Notes: generated by a model not told the origin, from the sequence alone. DNA of 63,890 nt, filler included, from an uncultured Methanosarcinales archaeon (GCA_964630685.1; 5 parts of 5 records of this genome joined end to end with filler, not necessarily neighbours in it), one strand, 5' to 3'; numbered from the whole stretch's first letter, positions 34,912-44,969 are shown. Program-made: numbers and translations.

Positions 34912-35440
34912 AAAAAATAATAATGACATATTTGATATAATCATTTATGGCTCTATAATAAAAGGAAAATTAAAACCTTCCGATATAGATGTAATGATTA
35001 TTTTTTTAAAAGGAAAATTAGCAGAGAGATTAGATAGATTACAAGAGATAAAAAACAAAATAAAAAAAGTTGTTGATATGAAAATAGATATTAAACAAAT
35101 GGTGCTTAAAGATTTTTTTTCTCCTGGATTTTTTGCGCGTACAGGTGTTTTATTAGAAGGTTTTAGTATATTTAACAATAAACCGTTTTCTGAAACTATG
35201 GGTTTTAAAGCTTTCAGTATTTTTTCTTATACTTTGAGTGGATTAACACATACTCAAAAGATAAAGATAGGATACATCCTAAAAGGAAGAGGTTCTAAAG
35301 GGCTTATAGAACAATTAAATGGGAAAAGATTGGGTAGTGGAGCAATAAAAGTTCCAATTGAAACTTCTATTGAATTTGAAGAAGCATTACAAAAAAACAA
35401 CATAGATTATAAAAAAAAGAATGTTTTAGAAGAAATCTAA
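34874..35440 (+). CDS. MNT nucleotidyltransferase with C-terminal extra domain
   Basis: YGS-X9-DID; C-terminal domain GLIEQLNGKRLGSGAIKVP. Confidence 0.85.
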   Translation: MMLKNLKKSLIFEKNNNDIFDIIIYGSIIKGKLKPSDIDVMIIFLKGKLAERLDRLQEIKNKIKKVVDMKIDIKQMVLKDFFSPGFFARTGVLLEGFSIFNNKPFSETMGFKAFSIFSYTLSGLTHTQKIKIGYILKGRGSKGLIEQLNGKRLGSGAIKVPIETSIEFEEALQKNNIDYKKKNVLEEI

Positions 35441-35444
35441 CTTA

Positions 35445-36995
35445 TCAATCTCTATAAACTTCTCCCCTAACTTTTGCAAACTTGTCTTTTCCGCATGCTA
35501 ACATAAAGGTGAGTGGTGCTTGTTCTTTTGCTAATTTCAACATATCATGTGCTGTTTCTCTGATATCCCACTGTGCGTGTGCGTCTTCTCTTAATCTTGA
35601 AATGTGGTAGATTTCTCTTGGATTGACTGACACTAACACCCTTCTTCTGTGAGCGTTTGTTAGGCAGTATTCGGCTGTTTTATTATACTTTTTTTTAAAA
35701 TTATAATACAATTCTGTGCTTTGGTCTAACACTTTTATCAGTTCGTCTTCTATTCCTGTTCTTTTTATTGATTCGGGAATCGTATAACCTAATTCAGGGT
35801 TATAATCTTGAGGCAACAGAGTCATTAATCTGTGTCTTTTTAATTGTGCAAAATTGCTTGCGCTTATTATGAGTTCATATTTTAAATTATCACTGAATTC
35901 AAATTCTCTTGGTAATGCATCAAATTCTGAAATGTGTTCTAATGCTTGTTTAAAGAAATCTTCTCCCCTACTATAAATGTTTAAAGTTAACATGTTTGAT
36001 GCTATTTTATATGCTTCGCTGAAATATAATTGAGAATTATTATGTATCAATGCTGCTACAATGCTATTATCAATATTATTTGTGCTAAATAATCTTGCGT
36101 TTCCTTTTTTTATTGTTTTTAGGGTGGGATATGAAGGTGAAGTGTTTTTTAATTTTTTAATTATTGGTTTTACTATTTCTCTGATGTTTTGTTTAGTGTA
36201 TCTGAAATGATCATCTTTTAGTTCTGTTTTAAATTGTTTTTTGAATTCGTCTGGATCTGATAGAATTATTAGTGAAGGTGCTACTTCACTTCCTAATCTA
36301 TACAATTTTTGAGCGAGTTCTCTTACTTCTGAAAGTGGTGAGTGACGCATACTTCTTATTGCGTGCTCTAAAGTTCTTGCGTTAAAGCTTGTTCCAACCT
36401 GTCCCTGAGTTGCTAAACTGAGAGTATATCTTGCATCTTCTTTTGCCCAGCCTTCTAAAGTGTTTTTAGCTCGGTTCATCTTGTCAGATGTTCCTTTTTT
36501 CTTTGCTGTTATTGCTTTTTTAGCCAGTTCTGGATTTTGTTCATATTGATATTCTAATAATTTATCTAAACTGGTAAAATAAAAATTATTTTGGGTTTTA
36601 ATTAATTCTTGAAATTTGCCTTCATCAAAAGAGCTCAACTCTTCTGGTACTAGGTAATCTCCATCCAAAGTTATGTATCTCTGAGATTTTTCAGTATAGG
36701 CAGAACCTATTCTTCTTGCTTCTAAATCTTCTAATGCTAATCTTGATATGTCTAAAATATCAAAATTAAAATAAGCGTGTTCTGCAACAGAATGGTGACT
36801 CATCCCAAAGACAATTGCTTTGTTTGAGTTTCTTGCTTTTTCTACTTCTTTTCTTGATTCTGCCCTTAATTCTGAAACATTTTTTGGGTCTCTAGAAATT
36901 CTTGCATAAGCTGCTGAGATTGTTTCAGGGGTTAATGTAGTGCCTTCTTTTAAAGATTCTAGATCAATATTATGTCCTGCTAATACAACTCTCAT
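35445..36995 (-). CDS. thyX: FAD-dependent thymidylate synthase, tandem two-domain form
   Basis: HHSVAEHA, EKSQRY, EDARY in domain 1; QLKRHR, HAQWDIR in domain 2. Confidence 0.92.
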   Translation of the reverse strand: MRVVLAGHNIDLESLKEGTTLTPETISAAYARISRDPKNVSELRAESRKEVEKARNSNKAIVFGMSHHSVAEHAYFNFDILDISRLALEDLEARRIGSAYTEKSQRYITLDGDYLVPEELSSFDEGKFQELIKTQNNFYFTSLDKLLEYQYEQNPELAKKAITAKKKGTSDKMNRAKNTLEGWAKEDARYTLSLATQGQVGTSFNARTLEHAIRSMRHSPLSEVRELAQKLYRLGSEVAPSLIILSDPDEFKKQFKTELKDDHFRYTKQNIREIVKPIIKKLKNTSPSYPTLKTIKKGNARLFSTNNIDNSIVAALIHNNSQLYFSEAYKIASNMLTLNIYSRGEDFFKQALEHISEFDALPREFEFSDNLKYELIISASNFAQLKRHRLMTLLPQDYNPELGYTIPESIKRTGIEDELIKVLDQSTELYYNFKKKYNKTAEYCLTNAHRRRVLVSVNPREIYHISRLREDAHAQWDIRETAHDMLKLAKEQAPLTFMLACGKDKFAKVRGEVYRD

Positions 36996-37080
36996 GTTTT
37001 TGATTAATGAGTAAGAGCTATATAAAAGTAACTATTTTAGAATAGTAAATTATATAAAGTTATTTCTGTTTTGGTTTTTT

Positions 37081-38124
37081 ATGATAATTGGATTGACGGG
37101 GTTAAATGGAAGCGGTAAGACATCTGTTGCAAATTATTTTATAAAAAAAGGTTTCAAATATGATTCTTTATCTGATGTGATAAGGGAACAGCTCGAATCT
37201 CGCGGAGTTAAATTAACACGAAAAAATTTGATTGGTGAGGGAAATCGATTGAGAGAAGAATTTGGGGCTGGAGTGCTGGCGAGGAAAATTGTTGAACGAA
37301 TAAATTATCATGGAGAATTTCAAAATAATATTATTATTGATTCTATAAGAAATCCTGAAGAAGTTAAGGAATTGCGAAAACTTAATGGGTTTTATTTGAT
37401 TAGTGTTGAAGCACCAATGAAGTTAAGATTGCAATGGATTAATGAGAGAAAAAGAGATGGGGAAAAGTTGAGTTTCGAAGAATTAAAGAAAATTGAAAAG
37501 GTTGATGGTTTTACTAAAAATAAAAAAGGACAACAGATTGTTGAATGTCAAAAGAAAGCAGATATTCATGTGGTTAATAATAAATCTGTTGAAGGATTAA
37601 AACTAAAACTCTATGATGTGTTGGCTGAAATAAGAAGACGTGAATCTGTAAGAACAAGACAGAATATTGATGATTATTTTTTAAAGGTGGTGTTGGTTGT
37701 TGCTGAAAGAAGCACTTGTACTAGACATCATGTTGGCGCTATTGCTGTTAGAGATAAACATATTTTAGCTACTGGTTATAATGGTGCAGCATCTGGGGTC
37801 AAAGATTGCTTGGAATTGGGTTGCTTGAGATGTAAATTAAGAATTCCTTCTGGAACAAGGCATGAAATATGTAGAGCTATACATGCTGAACAAAATGTGA
37901 TAATTCAATCTGCATTACATGGAGTAAACTTAGAGGGTGCTACTCTTTATTGCACTCATCCTCCTTGTATATTGTGTGCTAAAATGTTGGTGAATGCAAA
38001 GATAAAAGAGTTTGTGACTTTTGGGAATTATCCTGACAAATCTGGTTTGGAATTATTTAAAGAAGCTGGAGTTAAGTTTCGCAAATTAAAGAAGCCGAGT
38101 ACTAGGATTAATGTGCTTGATTGA
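37081..38124 (+). CDS. P-loop NMP/dephospho-CoA kinase-like + dCMP deaminase fusion
   Basis: GLTGLNGSGKT, IIDSIRNPEE; RSTC, TGYNG, HAEQN, PCILC. Confidence 0.9.
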   Translation: MIIGLTGLNGSGKTSVANYFIKKGFKYDSLSDVIREQLESRGVKLTRKNLIGEGNRLREEFGAGVLARKIVERINYHGEFQNNIIIDSIRNPEEVKELRKLNGFYLISVEAPMKLRLQWINERKRDGEKLSFEELKKIEKVDGFTKNKKGQQIVECQKKADIHVVNNKSVEGLKLKLYDVLAEIRRRESVRTRQNIDDYFLKVVLVVAERSTCTRHHVGAIAVRDKHILATGYNGAASGVKDCLELGCLRCKLRIPSGTRHEICRAIHAEQNVIIQSALHGVNLEGATLYCTHPPCILCAKMLVNAKIKEFVTFGNYPDKSGLELFKEAGVKFRKLKKPSTRINVLD

Positions 38125-38419
38125 ATGAAATTACTTTTTCTTTAGAAGTTAATCCTTTGATTATTGTTGTTTTCTTTTTTGTGAGTCTTGAAAAGAACTT
38201 TATGAGCTCTATATTGGCTTTGTTTTTTTCTGGAAGTGCTGAAACTGCTAATTTTATTGCTTTTTTGTCTTCATGATATCCTAGAATTTCTGTTTTTTTG
38301 GCGTTGGGTTTTATAATTACCCTTAATCTATTGTTTTGAATATATTTCTGAAGATTAGCTATAATCTCTCCAGATGTGCTTACATTTTTTACACTTAAGG
38401 AATTTTGTTTCTGGTTCAT
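38108..38419 (-). CDS. DUF167 (YggU-like) protein; start uncertain
   Basis: VIIKPNAKKTEI, PEKNKANIELI, KGLTSKEK. Confidence 0.8.
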   Translation of the reverse strand: MNQKQNSLSVKNVSTSGEIIANLQKYIQNNRLRVIIKPNAKKTEILGYHEDKKAIKLAVSALPEKNKANIELIKFFSRLTKKKTTIIKGLTSKEKVISFNQAH

Positions 38420-38669
38420 CGCCTGCCCTGGTTTGAATTGTCCAATAAGAAGCTGTGTTGTGACTACATTTAGGACATTCTTCTTCTGTTTCTGGAAGAA
38501 TATCTACTTCTTTATCTATGACAGCCATACCTTCTTGATTGTCAGTCTTTTCTGTTATTTTTTTAAAACTAGAAAGATCTTTTTCTTTATAACCACATGA
38601 ACACTCGACTACTTTTTTATTATTCTTTGTTTTTGGCATTAATATTGAGCCACATTTTGGACAAAACAT
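38355..38669 (-). CDS. tfs: Transcription factor S
   Basis: MFCPKCG, CPKC, QTRAGDEPET, CKKC; AGGTGAT SD. Confidence 0.93.
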   Translation of the reverse strand: MFCPKCGSILMPKTKNNKKVVECSCGYKEKDLSSFKKITEKTDNQEGMAVIDKEVDILPETEEECPKCSHNTASYWTIQTRAGDEPETKFLKCKKCKHIWRDYS

Positions 38670-38674
38670 AGTTA

Positions 38675-39310
38675 TCACCTTGCAATATTTATTAAATTTA
38701 CAAAAGCAATCTTTATCCATCCTAAAAATGGAATCCTTAGTACTGCTTTTCCAAGAAGTCTATCTTCTTGGATATCTGTTTCCATAACTTGGGGATATGA
38801 GTCTTGATTATGATCTCCTTTTGTTTGAAAATGGTATTTGTCGTTTTGATGCCAGACTTTGATTGTTCTATGTATTATTGGGTCTGGACGATTGCTTTGG
38901 AACACAATTATATCTCCTGTTTTTATGTGTTTTGGTTTTTTTCCAATTAATACCATAAGATCTCCTTTATTGAATCCGTTTTTGAATGAAAATTCTTGAA
39001 AATCTGTTTTTGTTATTCCATAATTAGAATAATATTCTGCTTGTGAGCAATAATGGTTATTGCAGATTGCTGAAGATTGCCACCAATCATCAAAACTTCC
39101 TTGGTGTTCCATGCTTCCTGAAACTACAGCTACAATAGGGTAACTTGTTGAGAATAATAATCCTAGTCCGGGGTAAATGATAAATTTAATCAATACAAAG
39201 GCTAGAATTACATTGACAATCCAGCTAAGTAAAGAATTGTCTTCCCATATAAAATACCATAATCCTTTCCACTTAGAAGGATAAAGCCAATCTGCTTTCT
39301 TTTTGGACAT
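38675..39310 (-). CDS. Signal peptidase I (Sec11-type)
   Basis: VVSGSM, IIHR, TKGDHN. Confidence 0.92.
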   Translation of the reverse strand: MSKKKADWLYPSKWKGLWYFIWEDNSLLSWIVNVILAFVLIKFIIYPGLGLLFSTSYPIVAVVSGSMEHQGSFDDWWQSSAICNNHYCSQAEYYSNYGITKTDFQEFSFKNGFNKGDLMVLIGKKPKHIKTGDIIVFQSNRPDPIIHRTIKVWHQNDKYHFQTKGDHNQDSYPQVMETDIQEDRLLGKAVLRIPFLGWIKIAFVNLINIAR

Positions 39311-39392
39311 ATTTCAGTTTGTTTTATTGGCTTAAATAAAAATGTTTGCTTTTTAGTAAGTTTTTTATAATGTGATTAATTGAATTGAGTTT

Positions 39393-39827
39393 ATGATATA
39401 CCCTGAAAATTATTTCCAAGGAATACTGCAATTAAGAAACCACAACAAAGAAGTGCTTGATTTTGTTAATAACCAAATAGAGAAGGCAAGAAGAAAAGAT
39501 GTATATATTTCTAAAACTGTTAAAGTTCCTGGCGGTGTTGATTTATACCTTACTTCTAATAAGTTTTTGAGAAGTCTTGGCAAGAAACTGAAAACTGTTT
39601 TTAATGGTGAATTGAAAGAGAGTGAGAAACTATTTAGTAGAGATAGGCAAACCACTAAAAATATCTATAGATTGAATGTGTTGTTTAGGCTGACCCCTTT
39701 TAAGAAAGGAGATGTTGTTGAATTTAGAGGTAGAAAAGTAAAAATAATGAGTATAGGAAGTAAGGTGCAAGCTAAAGAGGTTGAAACAGGTAAAAGAATT
39801 ATATTGAAATTGAGTGAGTTGGGTTGA
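39393..39827 (+). CDS. NMD3-related protein
   Basis: GILQLR, GVDLYLTS, KLFSRDRQT...YRLNVLFR. Confidence 0.8.
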   Translation: MIYPENYFQGILQLRNHNKEVLDFVNNQIEKARRKDVYISKTVKVPGGVDLYLTSNKFLRSLGKKLKTVFNGELKESEKLFSRDRQTTKNIYRLNVLFRLTPFKKGDVVEFRGRKVKIMSIGSKVQAKEVETGKRIILKLSELG

Positions 39828-40556
39828 TTATTTAAGAATTATAATGTTGCCTCTTCCTTTCTTGATTTTTTTGATTAGTTTTCTTGATTCTAAATCTGTA
39901 ATCATCAAACTTATCTTTGCTTCTGAAAGAGGTATTGTTTTTCTTATCTCTTTTTGAGTTGTTCTTTTGTGTTTTCTAATGAAATTGTAGAGATCTGAAA
40001 GATCTTGTGGTAATTGAACTGTTTTTGGGTGTTGCTGTTTTTTTGGCTTTTGGCTTCTTTTTTGGCTTTTGGCTTTTGGCTTCTTTTTTGGCTTTATTTT
40101 ATTCTTTTTTAAGAAAAGGTAAAGTAAAGTTAAACAAATTAAGATTAGTAAAATGATCGCTGGAATTAAGTTGTATTGGGGTTTATCTATTATTTCGTCT
40201 GTTGAATCCTCTATGAATTCTGTCTCATCGTCTTCTGTTTCTTCAAAAAGTGGGAGGAGTATTAAATCTAACACATATTCTCCTTCATCTGATACTATTA
40301 ATGGCTCTTGAGTTGATGCTATAATAAAATCATTTGAATATTGTTCTGCTGTTATTGTATAATCACCTTGTGGAATTTGGAAAGAGTAGAATCCATTTTT
40401 TGAGATGTAAAACTGTGTTGGTGAAGTATCTACACTTACTCTTACATCTACTGCTTCTTCTAAAGACATGTCATAGATTGTGCCGTGGATTGTTGTTGCT
40501 AAACTAATGGGGACTCCTAGAATTAATATCAATAACAACAAATACCTCTTTTGCAT
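39828..40556 (-). CDS. Membrane-anchored wHTH regulator (COG2512-like)
   Basis: Signal peptide, beta-sandwich, TM, C-terminal TQKEIRK...SEAKISLMITDLE...KKGRGN. Confidence 0.82.
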   Translation of the reverse strand: MQKRYLLLLILILGVPISLATTIHGTIYDMSLEEAVDVRVSVDTSPTQFYISKNGFYSFQIPQGDYTITAEQYSNDFIIASTQEPLIVSDEGEYVLDLILLPLFEETEDDETEFIEDSTDEIIDKPQYNLIPAIILLILICLTLLYLFLKKNKIKPKKKPKAKSQKRSQKPKKQQHPKTVQLPQDLSDLYNFIRKHKRTTQKEIRKTIPLSEAKISLMITDLESRKLIKKIKKGRGNIIILK

Positions 40557-40952
40557 ATTAATTGCAAAGTATAACTATTATAAAAGATTTACTGAAAAAT
40601 TTAATTTGGTTATTATTATGAAAACTGATTTTAGGTAGTTATTTTTGAAAAGAAGAGTTCTTTGAGCTTTATGAAGGAAAATAAGGGTGTGTAAAGTTTT
40701 GTAAAGTTTTGGAGCTGTTGATGAAGCTTTGATTTTTTGTTTTTGAAAGTATGTTTATAAATTAAATAAATAATTATACTTTTGCTGATTAGGAAATCTA
40801 ATCGGCTTTTTGGCTATTATTTTTGGTGTGAGAACCAAAGTTCCGCACCTATTTTATTTTTTATGGCCATGATAAGAAAAAATGAAAATGATAAAATTCA
40901 AACAACTCTTGATTGATGCTATTAGAGAGGTCTTTGAAGAGATTGGAGGTAA

Positions 40953-42356
40953 ATGAAAATGTTTAAAAAAATAAGTGCGTTTTTCATTATGTTATTGTTT
41001 GTAGTCAGTATAGTTCCTGCAACATTTGGGGCAGAAGTGGCTTCATTAACTAGTGAAGAACCAACAGCAACTCTTGCTAATGGGGTAAGTGTTGAAAATT
41101 ATATTGAAGAAAATTCTGAAGAAATTGACACTTCAAATTTAGATAGATGTTTTAAGGCAGTTAAGAAAAAGTTTCCTAAACTATTAGATATGTTAGCTAA
41201 AGAACAATGTCTTAAAGCTAAAAGATTAAAAAGTTTCAAAGGAAAGTTGGGAAATTTAGGTGTTAGCAAAGAAGATGAAACTGTTTTGGCAAAAGTTCCT
41301 GCTAAAGCATATAAAAAAATAAGTTCTCTTGAAAAAGCAGATATTGGAAAATTAGCTAAACTAAAACCTACAAAAATTAAGAAAATCACTTCATTGAGTA
41401 GATCTGAAATTAAGTCTCTTGTTAAAGATAAAAGAACTCTTGAAGCAGTTGATGTTGATGCATCAATAAAAGAGAAAAGGGATTTTAAGGTAAAAGCATT
41501 GAAAATTAGAAAAGTTCCTCAAGCAAAATTGGTTGCTAATGCAAAGAGCATTAAAGAAGCTAATGAAATTTATGTTGGTGTAAAGAATAAATTGAAAAAA
41601 GTTAAAGTTGATTTTGCATCGGCTAAAAAGAAGTACAAAGCTTGTGTTGGTGATTCTTCTGAAGAATGTGTTGAAACCAGAAAACATCTTGCTGTAAATT
41701 CTAAAGAATATTTGATTAATCTTGCAGACATGATTATTAAAAATGTCGAAAAAGTAAGATTTAGAGTTCAGAGTTCTGAAAAACTTACAGATGAACAAGT
41801 AGAAAATATCCTTGAAAGGGGGGCTGTTTTGATTGAAAACGTTGAAACAATCAAAGGAAAAATAGAAGGAATTAATGCAGATACAAGCAAAGAATCTATA
41901 AGAGAAGTTGCTAATGATGTAAAAGCAGAATTCAAGAATGTTAAAAAGTTTGTTAAAAAAGTTAAATCATTAATGCAAGAAAGAATTGTTGCTATAGTGC
42001 TTGCAAAATTTGATGGTTTAGAAAACAGACTTGAAAGAGTACTTGAAAGGATGGAAAAAGAAGGTATGGAGACTACAAAGATTGATGAATTATTATATCA
42101 ATTCAGTGAAAACATATTTAATGCCCGTGTTAATTACAAAGAAGGATTAAAAGCTCAGGACACTGATGATGAAGCTGCTATGAAATACTTTGATATTTCA
42201 AAAGAAGCATTTAAGGATGCTAAACAAACACTTAAAGAAATAGTTAAGATTGTTAAAAGCGAAGGTGGGTGGCAGATTCTTCAGGACACCCCTGATGAAG
42301 AACAAGTGGAGCTGGAAGTTGTTGAACAAACAACTGATGGTAATATTGTTGAATGA
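40953..42356 (+). CDS. Secreted alpha-helical/coiled-coil protein
   Basis: Signal peptide; GGAGGT SD; K/E-rich heptads. Confidence 0.75.
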   Translation: MKMFKKISAFFIMLLFVVSIVPATFGAEVASLTSEEPTATLANGVSVENYIEENSEEIDTSNLDRCFKAVKKKFPKLLDMLAKEQCLKAKRLKSFKGKLGNLGVSKEDETVLAKVPAKAYKKISSLEKADIGKLAKLKPTKIKKITSLSRSEIKSLVKDKRTLEAVDVDASIKEKRDFKVKALKIRKVPQAKLVANAKSIKEANEIYVGVKNKLKKVKVDFASAKKKYKACVGDSSEECVETRKHLAVNSKEYLINLADMIIKNVEKVRFRVQSSEKLTDEQVENILERGAVLIENVETIKGKIEGINADTSKESIREVANDVKAEFKNVKKFVKKVKSLMQERIVAIVLAKFDGLENRLERVLERMEKEGMETTKIDELLYQFSENIFNARVNYKEGLKAQDTDDEAAMKYFDISKEAFKDAKQTLKEIVKIVKSEGGWQILQDTPDEEQVELEVVEQTTDGNIVE

Positions 42357-42433
42357 TTGTGATATTTCCCTTGGGTTAATTACTCAGGGGTTATCACAAT
42401 CATTTAAATAAAACAAATACAGAGGTATTGAAA

Positions 42434-42637
42434 ATGAAAAGAATTATTACAATATTGTGCTTGTTTTTCCTGTTTGCTGGATGTGTCCAACAAGTAGAGC
42501 CACAAGATGATACGGTTGGAGACTCAAGTATTGATGAGTTAAGTGGAGACCTTGGAGATTTTGATGACTTAGATGATAATATTAACTTTGGCGAACTTGA
42601 AAGTATTGAAAGTGAATTAGAAGATTTTGACTGGTAA
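42434..42637 (+). CDS. Small acidic lipoprotein-like protein
   Basis: FAGC lipobox-like motif; D/E-rich tail. Confidence 0.65.
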   Translation: MKRIITILCLFFLFAGCVQQVEPQDDTVGDSSIDELSGDLGDFDDLDDNINFGELESIESELEDFDW

Positions 42638-42670
42638 GTCAAATTTTTTTCTTTTTTTATTATTTATTTT

Positions 42671-44797
42671 TTAAGAAAGAGATGCTAAATTTATTTCTTG
42701 ATAAAGTTCTTTTATTGTGTTTTTGAGAATTTGTTTTTCTGTATCTTTAAGATCTAATGTAGTGAATTGGGACCTTATCTTATTGTAAAGTTCTTTTGCT
42801 GCACCAAAATCTTTTGAGTCTATAAATCCTCTGCAATTATCTATTAATACATAAATCTCATTGTGTTGGTATTCTTTGTCTTTTATTTCTAGAGAAGCAG
42901 ATGGAGATATATTTGAAAGATTCTTTTGTAGATATCTGTGAAATTCTTCATCCATTAAGTCATCCATTTCTGATTCATATTTTTTCTGTTTGTTTTTTAC
43001 TTGTTCTTTTTCAAGCTCTAAGTTTTTCTCCTTTTTTTCTATTGCTGTTTTTTTCTTAAGTAATTCTTCTTCTACTTGTTTAAGTTCATCTTCTCTTTTA
43101 GGGATATCTATAAGTATCTTTGATTTTTTGGCAAGCTTTTTTTCTATACTTCTTAGTTCTGCGCTAAGTTTTTTTGTGTTTACTCTTAATTCTTTTACTT
43201 TTATGATTTTTTCCTGTTCTCTTTTTAGATGATTTTCTCTTTTAGTAGATTCTTTTTCTCTTTTATTTATTTCTGTTTTTTCTTGTTTAATTTCTTCTCT
43301 TAATTCTTGTTTTTCTTGTTTTAATTCCTCTTTGAATTTTTCTTTTTCTTGTTTACGTTCTAATTCTTTTTTGTTTATTTTTTGTTCCTGTAGTATCAAG
43401 GAATTTGCTTTTTTCACTAAATTATTCTCTTCTTTTTTGAGTAATTTTTCATCTTCTTCTAAACGATTTATTTTAGATATTAATGCTTCTTCTTTTTTAG
43501 TTAATAATCTAATGTCATCTTCGAATGTAGATAGGACTGGTTTTATTTCCCTCTCTTTTATCTCTAAGAAATCTTTAAGGTTATTTAGATCTGTAAATTT
43601 GATTTTCCATTTTTCTTCTTGATGGTTTATTATGGAATCTATTCTTTGGAATTTTTGTTTTAATTCATTTTTTGTTTTAGTTAGTGTTTCTCTTATTTTT
43701 TTTATATCTGATTCTTTTTTTGTTATTTTTAATTCTTTTTCTTCAAGAGATTTTTCATTTGCTATAACATCTAGATATTTTTTTCTTAATTTATCTAATA
43801 CTTTATCTTTTTCATCTATTGATTTTTTATCTTCTGCTAATTTTTGTTTTAATTCATTAACTTCTTTTTCTTTTTCTCTCGCATGAGATAATCTCTCTCT
43901 TGTATCATGATCTGCCTTTTTCTTTAGGTTTTCAATTTGTTGTGTTGCTCTTTGATTTGATGCTTCTAATTCAGAAATTCTTTTTTCTTTTTCATCTATT
44001 GATTTTTCTCTAGTGTTTAGTAAGGATTTCTTTTTAGCTAGGCGTGCTTTTTCTTGTTTAAGTGTGATTAATTTATCAATTTCTTCATTCTCTTTTTTTG
44101 AGCTTTTTTGGAAATGTTGTTGTTTTATTGGTTCTTGATTTTCTTGTTTAGAGAACTTTTTTTTAAAAAATCCTTTAGGGGGTAATGGAGGGGTTGCTGT
44201 TTCTTCTTTATTTGGTAAGGGTTTTTTTAATTTGATCTCTATGTTTTTTGGAGCTTTTGGGGTCTTTATTGGTTCTTCTATTTCTTTGATTGGGTCTACA
44301 GATTGAGTTATGGGTGGTGCCGGCTTTTCTAATGGTTTTGATAATTCTTCTTTCATTAATTGTTCTTTTTCTTTCTTAAACTGTTTTTCTGTTTCTTTTA
44401 TCTCTTTTTCTAGGAGTTTTATTATTTTTTTTCTTTTTTTTGCTTGGAGAATCTTTTCTGATAATTCTGGATCTTTGAAAACATCTTTTATCCAATTAGC
44501 AATATCATTTTTTTCTTCTATGATATGTGCTTTAAAAGTATCGTCGTCCATTGTTTTTAGTTCTTCGAGCATTTGAGGGATATTTTTTATGGTCTTGCCA
44601 TTAGTTAATCTAAAATGTTGATGAGAGGGTAATTCCTCTGTGATAGGTTTTTTTTCTTGATTTTCTAGAGGTTCTTCTATTTTTGACTTTTCATGTTTGA
44701 ATAATTTTGAAAAGAATCCTGATTTTTTCTTGGTGGGAGGAAAGAGTGTTGATGTTTCCTCTTCCGCTCCTGTGATTTTTTCCTCTTTTTCCCCCAT
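42671..44797 (-). CDS. Long coiled-coil protein with DUF5752-like domain
   Basis: FRLTNGKTIKN...KNDIANWIKDVF; ~400-aa coiled coil. Confidence 0.7.
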   Translation of the reverse strand: MGEKEEKITGAEEETSTLFPPTKKKSGFFSKLFKHEKSKIEEPLENQEKKPITEELPSHQHFRLTNGKTIKNIPQMLEELKTMDDDTFKAHIIEEKNDIANWIKDVFKDPELSEKILQAKKRKKIIKLLEKEIKETEKQFKKEKEQLMKEELSKPLEKPAPPITQSVDPIKEIEEPIKTPKAPKNIEIKLKKPLPNKEETATPPLPPKGFFKKKFSKQENQEPIKQQHFQKSSKKENEEIDKLITLKQEKARLAKKKSLLNTREKSIDEKEKRISELEASNQRATQQIENLKKKADHDTRERLSHAREKEKEVNELKQKLAEDKKSIDEKDKVLDKLRKKYLDVIANEKSLEEKELKITKKESDIKKIRETLTKTKNELKQKFQRIDSIINHQEEKWKIKFTDLNNLKDFLEIKEREIKPVLSTFEDDIRLLTKKEEALISKINRLEEDEKLLKKEENNLVKKANSLILQEQKINKKELERKQEKEKFKEELKQEKQELREEIKQEKTEINKREKESTKRENHLKREQEKIIKVKELRVNTKKLSAELRSIEKKLAKKSKILIDIPKREDELKQVEEELLKKKTAIEKKEKNLELEKEQVKNKQKKYESEMDDLMDEEFHRYLQKNLSNISPSASLEIKDKEYQHNEIYVLIDNCRGFIDSKDFGAAKELYNKIRSQFTTLDLKDTEKQILKNTIKELYQEINLASLS

Positions 44798-44969
44798 AAT
44801 GAGATTTAATAAGATACAGGTTTTATATATTTTTGTCATATCTTTTGAGTAGGTAGTTGGTGTTGTTATTTTATAATAGTTATAATTTTTAAGTTTGTGT
44901 GCTTAATTGACTAATATTTATACTCTAAACCATAAGGTTTTTAAACTAGCTATAATCTCAAGTAGAATA

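Noticed and set aside
31600..35440. Single three-module TA island
   Set aside because: The first module is separated from the others by an artificial linker; adjacency is unproven
33317..35524. thyX repeats as a CRISPR array or DGR template/variable repeats
   Set aside because: Spacing is ~1.1 kb with whole genes between; differences are not adenine-specific on the coding strand; no cas or reverse transcriptase gene in the window
42990..44576. Antisense F/S/L-rich ORFs (here and throughout)
   Set aside because: Shadow frames of K/E-rich genes on the opposite strand
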